DNA from: Lama glama
Taxonomy: Eukaryota
Assembly: GCA_028534125.1 (NCBI GenBank)
Contig: CM052832.1
Span: forward strand, 10,976,001-11,040,000
DNA length: 64,000 nucleotides
Direction: 5' to 3'
Shown here: in pieces, positions 1-11,399 of the stretch
How positions within the stretch are numbered: the stretch's first letter is position 1
How the letters are laid out: each line of letters starts with the position of its first letter
Made by a program: the position numbers and the translations under genes
The notes under the pieces: generated by a model
Told to the model about the DNA's origin: nothing
What the model saw: the letters and a program-made list of their open reading frames with translations, nothing else
Database searches by the model: none

Positions 1-250
1 TGTGCTTCCTGGACTTGGCTGTTTCCTTTCCCAGATTAGGGAAGTTTTTAGCTATTATCTCTTCACATAAGTTCTCTGCCCTCATTTCTCTTTTCCTTCT
101 GGGACCCCTACGATGTGAATATTGGTGTGCCTGACGTCATCCCAGAGGTCTCTTAAACTGTCCTCACTTTTTTTTCAGTGACAGTGACTTCTGCTGTCTT
201 CCAGCTCACTGATTTGTTCTCTATCATTTAGTTACTGTTGATTCCTTCCT
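1..250 (-). mobile_element. Old LINE-1 (L1M) ORF1-region fragment
   Basis: T-rich antisense L1 pattern 'ttcccagattagggaagtttttagctattat...ccttctgggaccccta'. Confidence 0.65.
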
Positions 251-1329
251 AGTGTAACTGAGGTAATGTAACTGGGAATTTTGGATTCTCATTATGGTTT
301 GTATTAGTAGATCTGGTAACACAATACTGTGACCTAATAGCTTTAGCTGTCTGTGAGGAGGCTAAGTAACTCAGTTGAGAGAAAACATCGGGATCCCTTA
401 AAACTATAGCTCTGGGAGTGCGCACTTTCATGTGATCTAGTAACCTGCAGCATTGGGGTGATGTTCTCTAAAGGGTAGTTCTAGCAACTACCAGAGGAAT
501 AAGATGAAATGCAAACCTGACATTTTTACAGGAGTTTGCACAACTCTTACCTGAATGGGGCTGGGACTGTAAGCACCAAAAATACTCCTGCCCCCTGCCT
601 GAGATTTCTTGCTAATAAGATAAATCAGAAGTGGCTTCTGCCTCCCTCCTCAGCCATCAACCCTGGAGAAACGATATAAAAGCAAACATCTGGAATGACT
701 CCTGTGAGAGGGTCCTGGGCCGACTGAAAAGGGGTGGGGTTTGATCTTATGTCGGGGGGTGGTGTAGATATGACTGGCGTCAGTTCAGGTCTGGCAGGAA
801 GATGCCCAGCAGTCAGTGCAACCCTAAGAAAAAGCTTCAGCCAGTGTAACAGGGACCTCTGGCCCAAAGGCTGCCCACAGAAGAGTCTGACATCTGGCAG
901 ATGTTCACCTGGTGAAACCAGGGAAGCACAAGAGCCCTGTCAGGTGAGGAGTCAATGAAAGCAGGTGGGAGCTCATCAAACTTGGGCATCTGAACCTTCA
1001 TCCTGTCTCTGTGGGGTTGGTGGGTTCCAGTCCAAGGAGCCTGCTTCCTCCTAGTGCTACTTCTCTTGGGGAGGGAAATCCTGACCTAATGTTTCTTCCT
1101 GGAAAGTACAGAACATCCTTGGCCTCTTCTCCCCTGTAAGTGAGCTTTGCGGGGCTCCGACTAGGATCTTGCCAAGATGGCGTTAGTAGAGAAATCGTTT
1201 TCCCTAGAGGAAGCTGAATAGTTTCACAGGCCAAAACAGTGATTTCAAAAGGAAATCAAACACAAATATGTACCACTGGAAGCGGAAATATTAGAACACT
1301 CGGGAATGTAAAATAACAAGCATACCTAA

Positions 1330-1790
1330 CATACTTCCACTTAAAAATGAGAACAAAAATCAAAGAATCAGATACAAGAATGAAAAATAATAACATAATA
1401 AGAGGAGGACAGATACAGCTGAAGAACAAACTAGTGAGTTGGAAGATCAGATTGAGGAACTCTCCCAGAAGGAAGACAGGAAATGTAAGGAGATATGGAA
1501 GATAGAAAAACTATAAACATGTAGATTGTCATTATTTTAGCTTTTTCTTTTGACATTATTTCTCAGAAAGTGTTGACAAGCTCATTTTGAAAAAGCTCAT
1601 AGAATAAAGCGAAACCCCACAACACTAGATATGATAACACAAACATTAAAAATGAGTCAACTATGAAAGCTTGCAGAGAGAATCTATAGAACAAAAACTA
1701 GAGTCAACAGAATGAGAACTATAATCTCACAGCACTCAAATATTGGATAAAGTAGAAAATAGAAGTTAAAGAATTGAACTTGATTTTATA
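1330..1790 (+). mobile_element. Ancient L1/HAL1 ORF1-like fragment
   Basis: A-rich; 'acagctgaagaacaaactagtgagttggaagatcagattgagga' resembles the L1 ORF1 coiled-coil region. Confidence 0.5.
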
Positions 1791-1799
1791 GAACTAAAA

Positions 1800-2150
1800 C
1801 TAAACAGTGCATACATGGTGAACATATGGTGAAACATATATCCACTATTCAGCTTTAGCAACTCAACATTTTTTAAAAATCTTGCTTCATCTATCCCCCT
1901 GGGTGCTTTGCCTTTTTTCTTTTTTCTTTTCTTTTTTTTTTTTTTTTTGCTTTGCTGGAATTTTCGAAGCAAATGCCAGGCATATTCTTTACCCGTAAAT
2001 ACTGATAGCCTCTTTTTCAATCACTATGTAAGACATCTAACAAAATCAAGCCCTTTTAATATCTAACAGTCAGACTTCACTATTTGTCTCATGTCTTACA
2101 GCTGGCTTATTCAAGTCAGTCTCCAAACAAGTCCACTAATGCATTCAATT
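1800..2150 (-). mobile_element. L1ME-type 3' end fragment with internal T-rich tract
   Basis: 'aagcaaatgccaggcatattctttacccgtaaatact' resembles antisense L1ME 3'UTR; (ctttt)n/polyT at about 1912-1948; similar sequence resumes near 2700-3050. Confidence 0.5.
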
Positions 2151-2151
2151 G

Positions 2152-2695
2152 TTGTCTTAACCCAAACCCAAGTCCCCTAGAAAATAGCACTGAGGCAAAC
2201 CTTAATTGCTAATGCTTGATCGAAAGGTACGACTCTCAAGTAACGACAGTGAGAGAAACGAAATGTAAGAAAGGGAAGAATGGGAAATACATACACTTAC
2301 AGATGAAAGCTAAGCTGGCCACTGCTTCACAAAGATCAGAGCTGATTTCTGGGTCTCATGAGTCATCTACAGACAAAGTATGGGGGGTGGGAATAATTCA
2401 TCTGTGGGTCTCAGCAATCATTTGTGAAATTTTCTCTCAAGGAATAAACTCTCCCACTCTTCCAAATGGTTTGCTAGCCCATTTGGCAGCTGGAGGGAAA
2501 TGCAGATTTTATCTGTGCCATGTGGTGGCCCTTCATCTGAGTCCAACAGCATTGGAAGGAGCCAGAAGCTCCAGGCACACAGCTAAGCAGCCTAAAGTAT
2601 AGGTCAGCATGGCGTTGACCAGTGTCTGGCTGAAGGTCTGGGAGACAGGTGACTCCAAGAGAATCCAAGGAGATGCATATGACGTCTTCTAGCAT
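2152..2695. mobile_element. ERVL-type solo LTR (LTR16/LTR33-like)
   Basis: 'tgtcttaacccaaacccaagtcccctagaaaatagcactgaggcaa' resembles the LTR16/33 terminus. Confidence 0.5.
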
Positions 2696-3069
2696 TTAGG
2701 CTGCTTAAGTCTCTTCCCACTAAGAGTCTCCTTACCTCCAGTGTTGCTGATACATGGGAGAAACTAGGTCACTTGTCCTGTAGGATGCCCTGTATTCTAG
2801 ACTTGGCTCACGGCTTTTTCAGTGTTTAACTTGTTCTTTCCCCTATGATTAATGCAAACTTGTAGTTGATACTATAGGCTTCACTAGATGTTCTTTGGCA
2901 AGAAGACTCCATAGGTGACTTGTAGTTTTGTAGGGTCACATTCAGAGGTACAATGTCTGTTCCATCTACAGTGGAGCTAAGTTTAGTGAATGGATGGGGC
3001 TGACATCTGAATCCACTATTAGTTTCTCATCAACCTTTCACCTAAGGAATTCAGTCCATGTGTTTCACT

Positions 3070-3480
3070 GATAGTGCAAAACCCAAATTCTGTCCTTCTT
3101 CCTCTATACCCTTTACAAGGTGACTTTGCCACTATTCCAAGTGAGTTTGTGTCCTCGCCTGTAATCTGAGTTGACTTTGTGACTTGCTTTGGAAAAAAGA
3201 ACATGGCTGAAATTGCCTGTTCAAGCCTAGGTTTCAATGGGCCTTGTGTCTTCATCCCTCATCCACTGCCACTCTTAGCAGAATGAGTCTAGGAGGAACC
3301 TGCTGGGGACCAGACCATGTGAATAGAAGTTCTGTTGTCCCAGCTGAGGCCATTCTAGACCAGCCTTAGCTGAGCTGATCTCCAAACGTGAGCCCAGCCA
3401 GGATCAGCAGAGCTGCCTAGCTGGCTGCACAGAAAGTATGCAAAAAGGAAAATGGCATATTGCAAAGTGTTTTATGGGGA
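3070..3480 (+). mobile_element. MaLR LTR (MLT1-type)
   Basis: 'ttgtgacttgctttgg...aagcctaggtttcaatgggccttg...cccagctgaggccattctagaccagcc' MLT1 hallmark. Confidence 0.7.
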
Positions 3481-5617
3481 GACAGGGTCTCCTTCAAGGT
3501 GCTATCAGCTGACTTGAGTGAATTCATCCACTGTGCTGTTCACCTCAAACAGGATAAGAGTGTATGGAGGTGATAGCTACCTCTATAAAAATGTATCTAA
3601 CGCCAAAAGTAATAAATCACAAGGGAAGGCTCTTAAACATTTCCCAGTATTTAATACTCTCCCTGGTCATGTTTGCTAGGCACGGATATCAGCCCTAAGA
3701 GCCACTGGAGAATCATAAGGCTAGAATCTGGGTGCTGGAGAAGCTATGCTGATGGTGGTCTCCAACATGTTTCCTTAGCTTCCAGCAAAATGACTCCTGC
3801 ATTTTTGCAGATACTATCAATAAATGTATTCATGGAAAGCTGGTTTGCGCTACAGTCACATGGAAAGAATGTAGTATACAGCATCTTGCCACTTTGCCAT
3901 CCTTCTCTCATGATCCTGGCATTCTAGTAAACAAAGAATCTGATTTCAAACCATGGTACTCGACAATACCTCCCACTGGAATTTCCAGAGCATGAGTACA
4001 GATGCTGCAGCTGGTCTACCAGACCTGTCAACCCCTATGATGTCTGTCATGATGCTGTTGCATGAGAACTAGGAAGCGGTCTGAAGTTCCCAAAGCATTA
4101 TAGGTTCAGCAAACATGGTGTCATTACCACAGTGCTTACTCACTCATTTAGGGCCTTGGTAAGCCAGTCCCATTGTAGGACTGCCCTCTGGTTGCAAGGG
4201 CCCCGAGCTGCCAACCAGATTCCTTCCAAGGAGTTTCCTTTTGGTGTTGTGATATAGATGGTATTTCAAAATTCAGTACCCTTGAATTGGCTTAGTGGGC
4301 TCATAGGACCACCTCATCCACACCAAAATTCTATGTCAAGTTTCTTACTAATGGTATGAAATAGGTGAGGAATCCTAGAGTTCTAGAACTTGTATTCTCG
4401 TCCCTGTCCGGTTTTTGGAGGCTACTGAAACAGTAAGTGGACTTTAGGTCTGGGATAAGGGGCAGCTCAAATACAGGCCCAGGCTGGTAGAACCCTATTC
4501 ACTAGTTATAAGGGGGCATGCTTTCTCTGTAGGATAGTGAGGGGAATTCCCTGTAAACTGTTCTTTGAGAGGTGAGCATTGCAGTCTGGAATCCTGCTAT
4601 ATCTTGGTGGATGCTGTAGCCTGGCTAGAGTCAGCAAGAGACACTCATTGGCTCAGTTGGGCTGAAGTCTTTTTTCTCTAAAGGAAGATTTTAGACTGGC
4701 GAGGAGCATGCTTTATTGGAGTAGGTGAAAGTTCTGAAATCAGGCCCAGGTTTAACTTTCCATCTCAGCTTCTTACTATGTGGCCTTTGTTTCTTAATCT
4801 CTGAGCCTCTTTATCTCTAACAACTTTGTAGTAATGCATTCGTTTTGATTTGAAACTTTATCTTCAACAGATATTAAAATAGAAAATCCCAGGAAGACTA
4901 CTGGTGAATATAAAAATCCTACTGAAACTTTATGAACTACCTTAAAAATAAAGGTAATCAACTGTTGAAAATGAGTTGAAAAAGACAAGCCCTATCCTAC
5001 TAACCACTGCTGTAGTGGTTCTACCCTCACAATGGAAAATATCAGTGAGACAGAGTAAGCCAAAAACCGCCCTTGTGATGTAGATTCCTGTTGTCAGAAG
5101 CATCACCAATCAATGGGCAAATGCAAGGATATTTAACTAGTTGATACTCACCAATTGTATCAACTAACTTAGAAAATGGGCTTAGCAGCCCTTATTCCAC
5201 ACAGAGTAGAATGTATAAAAATAGAGGGAGAGAAACTAAAAAGGACAGGAACACATACTTCTAGAGGTAAAAGCAGCTTCTTTTCTGAACTTCCACGAAG
5301 GCAAGATATAAAAAGCTGACATTAATCTTCATACTGATATTAATTAATGTACTGAAGACAGTTTTTTGCAGCAAATATACTGTGGTGTGATAGGTCAGGG
5401 CGTGATTTGGTTAAAATATCCTCCAAATCTCAGTACCTTAATGGAAATGTTTTACTCACTCATTGGAGCAGTGAAGGTTGAGTGACTCATCTTCAAGCAA
5501 TGACTTAGACACTCATACACCTTCTATCTCACTTTGTCTGGAGTGTGTCTTCCAAAGTCTCCATGGGTATGAAATGATATCTAGAGGTTTTAGTCCACAC
5601 CTAGAGGGTAGTATGTA

Positions 5618-5857
5618 TCGGTGGTGCTGAAGATGTTGGGCCACAAACTGTTATACTTGTCAGTGATGAAGTAGTTTACACTAGAATGTTGATCAACTAC
5701 ATCAATAAGCGCACTGCTGAGTTCAGTTGGTTGTTTCCACAACAAGTCTTCTCAGTGGAGAAAAATACATATCTCAGTCTGATGCAAGCTCATTAACTCA
5801 TGGAGAGACAAGTTTGTTGATGCCACTGGTGTGTAGATCAGACTTGGGAGCAGTGGT
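5618..5857. mobile_element. hAT-Charlie-type MITE inserted in an MLT1-like LTR (about 5385-5945)
   Basis: Degenerate hAT-like ends ('cggtggtgctgaagatgttgggcc' ... 'cagacttgggagcagtg'); MLT-like sequence on both sides. Confidence 0.4.
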
Positions 5858-6039
5858 ATACATCACTTTTCCCACAGTGGGACCAGAACACAGTCATGCT
5901 CCTCCTTTACTGTGAGAAGGCAGAAAACATAACTGTCAGTGCTGTGGGCTCTCAAATCATATTTGGTCTTCCCTTGTGGACACAAGGAAGGCTACCAAGG
6001 GTTGATATTGTAACTAGCTATCTAAAAATCAATAGATGA

Positions 6040-7395
6040 ATGACATCAGTGACAATGGCAGGGTAAGGCTCTCCATTAAAAAGACACAATGGGAAAAAAA
6101 TTGTCAACTATTTCAAAACTTGGAAAATGAACCTTGCAGCGATTCAGGAGAAAACAACTGAATCTTAATAATAGCAAGCATTGCATTTTAAAATGTCCTG
6201 TTCCCATTCTCCACCACCCTCACCCCCAGCTCTGTGGTAACTTTGAAAACCAGCAAACCTGGAAGTCATTAGAGCAGAATGAAATTAGAGATCTTTCAAA
6301 GCCCTGTTTCTGGAGAGCTGTCACTACTTGACCTGTCTGGTGGTTCACTGTTAGGTAAAATAAAAACAGCCTTGTGAGTTGAGTCTGACTCTGATCACAT
6401 AGTACAGAACTTTTCCCCGGGAGAGCTTGTCAAACAATTGGAGGCAGTAGTTTAACACTGCAGCTGCCTGAGGTGGTGGATATCAGTTGGGAAGCATTGG
6501 ACTAGCCAAAAAGCTTAAAAAGGAAAAGCTAGAAATTAAGTGTCCAGAGGATCTCTGAAAAGCACCAGTATACTCCTAGGAATCCAGAAGATCACATATG
6601 TAGGGCTGTGCGCATGCCAGGAAAGACTAGAGAAGGCCCAACCTCTTAACCTCTCACTGACCTTCAGGCTGTTAACAAGCAGGAAATGAAGGCTAAGGCA
6701 ATTTTCAGCTGCCTGGCTGAGCTCCGAAGGCATGTCCTAACACGGGCACAAAGCCTCTCAGCAAAGACTAGGAGACTTGGGGTTCCAGGTGTTTAAGGAA
6801 ACCTGTCCAGTCATTAGCTAATCACTTAGCTAACTGAGTAGACCTCAGTGGTCACATGAATACTGACGTCATAGAATTGAGTAAAGTTACTAAGTAAGAA
6901 AATGACACACAGCAAACCCTAGGGAGAACCTAATCTTCAGAGTTCCGCAATATGTATGTGCAGTTTTCAACAAAGTTGAAACAAACAACATGGTCCATCC
7001 ATGAGGAAAATAGCAGTCATAAACTGTCCTGGGAATCCTAGACGTTGGACTTACTAGATGCTTTAAATTGGCCATCTTAAGTATTTTCCAAAAATGTAAC
7101 CATCTTCAAAAGACTAAAGGAAAACATGAAGTCTTGCCAAATAGTGTCAAATACTTTTAAAAGAACCAAATAAAAGTTCTTAAAGTAACTGAAATAGCTT
7201 CAAATATGCCAGTAAATGCCTCTGAACAGGCAGAAGAATCAGTGAACATAAAGACAGATCAACTATCTTTTGAAGGTCAAAATATCCTAGAAATAGATAG
7301 GGGTTGTAGTTGCACAATTCTGGTGTATATACTAAAAACTGCTGAATTCATTTAAAAGGATAAGTTGTATGACATGTAAAGTTTCTGTTAAAAAA
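6040..7395 (+). mobile_element. LINE-1 5'UTR/ORF1 start plus a 3' end fragment (old L1M)
   Basis: 'gacatcagtgacaatggc' start; ORF1-like 'gacgttggacttactagatgctttaaa', 'tgaacaggcagaagaatcagtgaac'; 3' end 'ttgcacaattctggtgtatatactaaaaactgctgaatt'. Confidence 0.7.
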
Positions 7396-8490
7396 GGGCC
7401 AGGGACCACCTACCTCACAAAATACAACTAGTAAACAGAAATTAACTTCATGAGAGTAGATGTGAAAACTAAAGTGAGGGATGGGTATCTTACTTGAAAA
7501 CTTTGAAATACACTGTACATGGGTGTTGGACCAAGTTGCTAGGATGCTTCTGAGAGGCAGGCAGTGTCAACCATCAAGTCTCTTTTCACTTCAATAACTT
7601 TACCTATAGCAGTTGAGTCATAAAAGACCAAATATGGGAAAAAGCAAAGATACTAAATATTTAACCATAACTTTATTGAATAAACTGTAGTAAAGCCACT
7701 ACATAGAATATTGTTCAGTCTAAGTAGCTATAGAAAAATGGTTTGTTGAACCATAATACAGAGCTATATATACCAGTTATAATAGAATTTATAATCAGCG
7801 TTTGTATTCCATTCTAATATACAATGACTTTATTATATAATAACTTTTCATATTTTTCATTAGGGTACTTAGACTTCATAATAAAACCAGGGACTTAGCA
7901 TAATAAAATCGTGGTATATTACTAACATTATAACATATCTTGCTATCATCAAGCTGACTGTCTTATCTCTAAATGGTTGTACGTGAAATATTAAAAGGTC
8001 CTGGAGGACCCTGACTTATGCATGTATTCTTATTACACTGATCTGAGACTTCCTCAGGAAGTCCATGCTTGTTCTAGAATTAGCAGGCAGTGAACTAAAA
8101 ATGCTGTGATACCTTAGATCTTAAGTGGCCTTGCAAAGGCAGCTTTCATTTGGGATCAGTTGGATGAGGGAACTAAAAGTTAGGAGGTATTTGAAGTCCA
8201 GCATCTTCAGCTTGCCCTGCAAATGAGGAAAGGACTAACAAAGAAGGAAGCAGCAAAATTGAGTTCCCATTACAGGTTTAATTAACAAGATGGCCAAAGT
8301 CTTTGGAATCCCTAAAACAGATGTACTGGGGAGGTAATATGCTTGAACTCCTTTGCATTTGTTGAAGTCTGAGTCCAAGTAGGAGGCATATACTCCATCA
8401 CAGTTGCCTTTGAATCAGGCTGTCCCATGTTAAAGGATCCCCTGTAGGGAAATCTAGGCTCTGGTGTCACCATCTTGAAAGATAGTTATA

Positions 8491-8597
8491 ATGAAAATGA
8501 GTATATATGTACATGTATGACTGAAACAATGCTATACACCAGAAATTGACAACATTTTGTAAACTGACTATACTTCAATGAAAAAGAATGTAAAATA
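8491..8597 (+). mobile_element. Short 5'-truncated camelid-type L1 3' end
   Basis: 'tatgactgaaacaatgctatacaccagaaattgacaac...gtaaactgactatacttcaa' plus A tail; imperfect TSD aaagatagttataa (8478) / aaaaatagctataa (8598). Confidence 0.8.
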
Positions 8598-9729
8598 AAA
8601 AATAGCTATAAATACCATCAACTTTCTTGACTTTAGTGGCTAAAGGACTTTTGGGGACAGGACTACTTGAAAAGTTGGCTCACTGGCATACAATAAACAC
8701 TTATGTGACATTTTTTCCCCTAATCCCTCCTTCCCTGAGTCCCCTATCTAACCTGTTACTTACACTCCATGTATGGAATTCGATTTATGCTTTTAAGATC
8801 ATTGGGATATACTGTCCCTAAGTAAATACTCAGCTCATATATACTAGACTTACCACTTCTGAGGAAATGGCATCTCAAGCTAAATTCCAAAGCCCTTTCC
8901 ACTAGACCTGAAATGGTGGGGATGCTTTCTGCCCCTCAGAAGTCTGAGGTCTTCAAGATGGGAGATTGGCTATGGGAGGGACTTTCCACTGGAGGATGAG
9001 CTTTACGTTTTCAAGGATACTACTACCTAGAGCTGTAGGAAGAGATCCCGGCCTTGACATGTAGACCCAAAGAGCAGACAGTGAACGGAAACCGTTTTTC
9101 ATAAGCTTTTAATTCTGAAGTTGCTGGATGAGTGTCACCTTCTCCCTTTGGGTCCAGCAGTGGATTAAAAAGGCTCACAGGCTGGCACGTTTAAATGTTC
9201 CTTGATTAAGATCTATCCTTGGGTTTGTTTCTCCTTCACTATTCAGGAAGCCAACAGTTTCCTGTTTGGGAACCTCGGGGAGTGGTCTCCAGCCCCAATG
9301 TGAGTCAAATGGGAAAGACATTTTCCCCAGGCAACACGTAGGTCAGTGTAGGGAGCATTTGAGCCAAGTTCAGAGACTATCACTGTATGAAGTATTATCA
9401 AGCATCATTGTAGACTATCCACATACTGAGGCTCAAGCACTGGAACAAGAGTATAGTGGGCTGCACAAGGCCTCAGCCTGAGGATTCGTTACTGAGCTGG
9501 ATTTTGGCAGCCAGAGCAGATTAAATGCAGCAAGTGGGCGACAACCAAGGAGTTACATTTATCAGGGCCCAGGAGTTTGGAGACAAGACAGAAAGAACAA
9601 GTAGAGCCCTGATCTTCCAAAAATGACTCAAGAACATATGAAGTACTGGAGCTATAGACTGGCCTGAGACTGAAACCAGTAGATTGTCTGACCCTGCCCA
9701 AAAGAGACTCTGTCCCTGGACCCTTCCCA

Positions 9730-10130
9730 TCAGTCAGGATCCAGCCAGTGTTTTAGATCATACCTAACTAACACACAAGGTTATAATGAGAGCATTGTAT
9801 CTAGTTCATCATAGTGAAGGTGTTAGAAGGGCTGAAAGGCCCAATGGGAAACTGGGCACCCCAGAAGTCAGCAGTAGAGGAAGCCTCTACCACCTCTGGC
9901 TGAAGGGGCAAAGGGTAGATGTGGTGTTATCAGAGCCCAAAAGGCACAACTGTTCAGCGAGAGCTGAAACCTCAGACCGGGCAGGCTGGCAGTTACCACT
10001 CAAAGCAGCTGTACCGGTGGAGAAATGTGCTGGCTGCTTTCTCTCCCACCTCCCCCAGTGCCTCCCATTGGCTAAACCTTACCTAGTAGCCAGTTTTTGG
10101 CAAGGAACTTGGGAAATGTAGCCCACCAGC
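9730..10130. mobile_element. Ancient eutherian LTR fragment
   Basis: 'catcagtcaggatccagccag' start; 'ccagtgcctcccattggctaaacct...gcaaggaacttgggaaatgtag' end; related to copies at 22.4, 42.0 and 59.0 kb. Confidence 0.5.
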
Positions 10131-10865
10131 AAAGGGCAATTCCTACTGCGCCCCTCTGTTTTGCTCTGTACAGGAATGGATCTGTACCCTAATCCAGAAA
10201 ATAAACTTCCCATTAGGGTGGACACAGGCCTTGCAAAAGCACTTTGATTTTAGGATTATATTCCCTCCCAGACTCTAACATCCTGTACTTCATATGGACT
10301 TTATCATTCATGAAGGAGATACTAAGTGAAGGAAGTACTAATTAAACTAGGTGATCTGGTTTCCCAGTCTCTTTCAACCTCTGACTTGTCTGAGCTTGGA
10401 TACTAGAAAAGTGAGCTGTTCACTCATCCTTGGAGAAGCCCCACATGGGCTTCCCTACTGGGAGGTACAGCAGGATGAGGCTGTTGCCACTCTCCAGTGT
10501 CCATGCCTGGAATGAACTGATGTCCAGGCTTAACCCAGTGAGATGAGGGTGTAGATGCCCCTTGTTCTACCTGCCCAGGACCAGACACCAGACAGTCCCC
10601 CGCAGAGAATGCCATGCTGTTGTGAATCAGACTGGTGTCAACCAAAATACCATGCTCACGTGACAAGACTTGTCTATATGTTCCTTATCTCCCTATCATT
10701 TCTCATTATAGCATAGACTTGTGAGTTGATCACCCAATAAAAATTCTAAAGCATCAAGCCCTGGTAGCCTTATAGACCAGTGGGTCATGTGATCTTGATT
10801 CAAGGCACAGGGTATTCAGAGGCTACCAAATATTTCTTAGAGCTTACCTCTTGAGGAGTCAGCCA

Positions 10866-11340
10866 CAGTAGTCCCCTCTAATTTGCAGGGGATATGTTCC
10901 AACACCCCCCAGTGGATATCTGAAACCATGAATGTACCAGACCTGATACATACTGTGTGTTTACATACATACACACCTGTGGTAAACTTTAACTTGTAAA
11001 TTAGGCACAGTGAGAAATTAACACCAGAAGTTATGACAATATGCTGTAATAAAACCTGTGAATGCGATACCATGACAGTCCATCTGATAACCAGGATGGC
11101 TAAGTGACTTAGTTGGTGGGGTTTGAATATACAGTGTGGATATGCTGGGTGAAGGAAGGTTTCACATCCTGAGTGGGACAGCAGACCAGTGTGAGATGTC
11201 ATCACACTACTTGGAAAGCCACACAGCTGAAAACTTACGGATTATTACATTACATGGAAAATTCCATAAATAACTTTAGACTGGTCGACCACAGGTAACT
11301 AAAACTGTAAGATGAAACCTCAGATAAGAGGGAATTACTG
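10866..11340 (+). mobile_element. TcMar-Tigger non-autonomous element (MER44B-like)
   Basis: TIRs cagtagtcccctcta / gataagagggaattactg followed by TA; near-identical paralogue at 58257. Confidence 0.85.
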
Positions 11341-11399
11341 TAGATATTTCATTCCACTTGCTGATAGTAAAAACTCTCTAAACTCCAGATAGCTATCAA

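Noticed and set aside
250..620. Possible retroviral env fragment
   Set aside because: No convincing immunosuppressive-domain, CX6CC or furin motif in the frames I read
1766..2020. Poly-lysine ORF resembling an NLS
   Set aside because: Translation of a T-rich low-complexity tract
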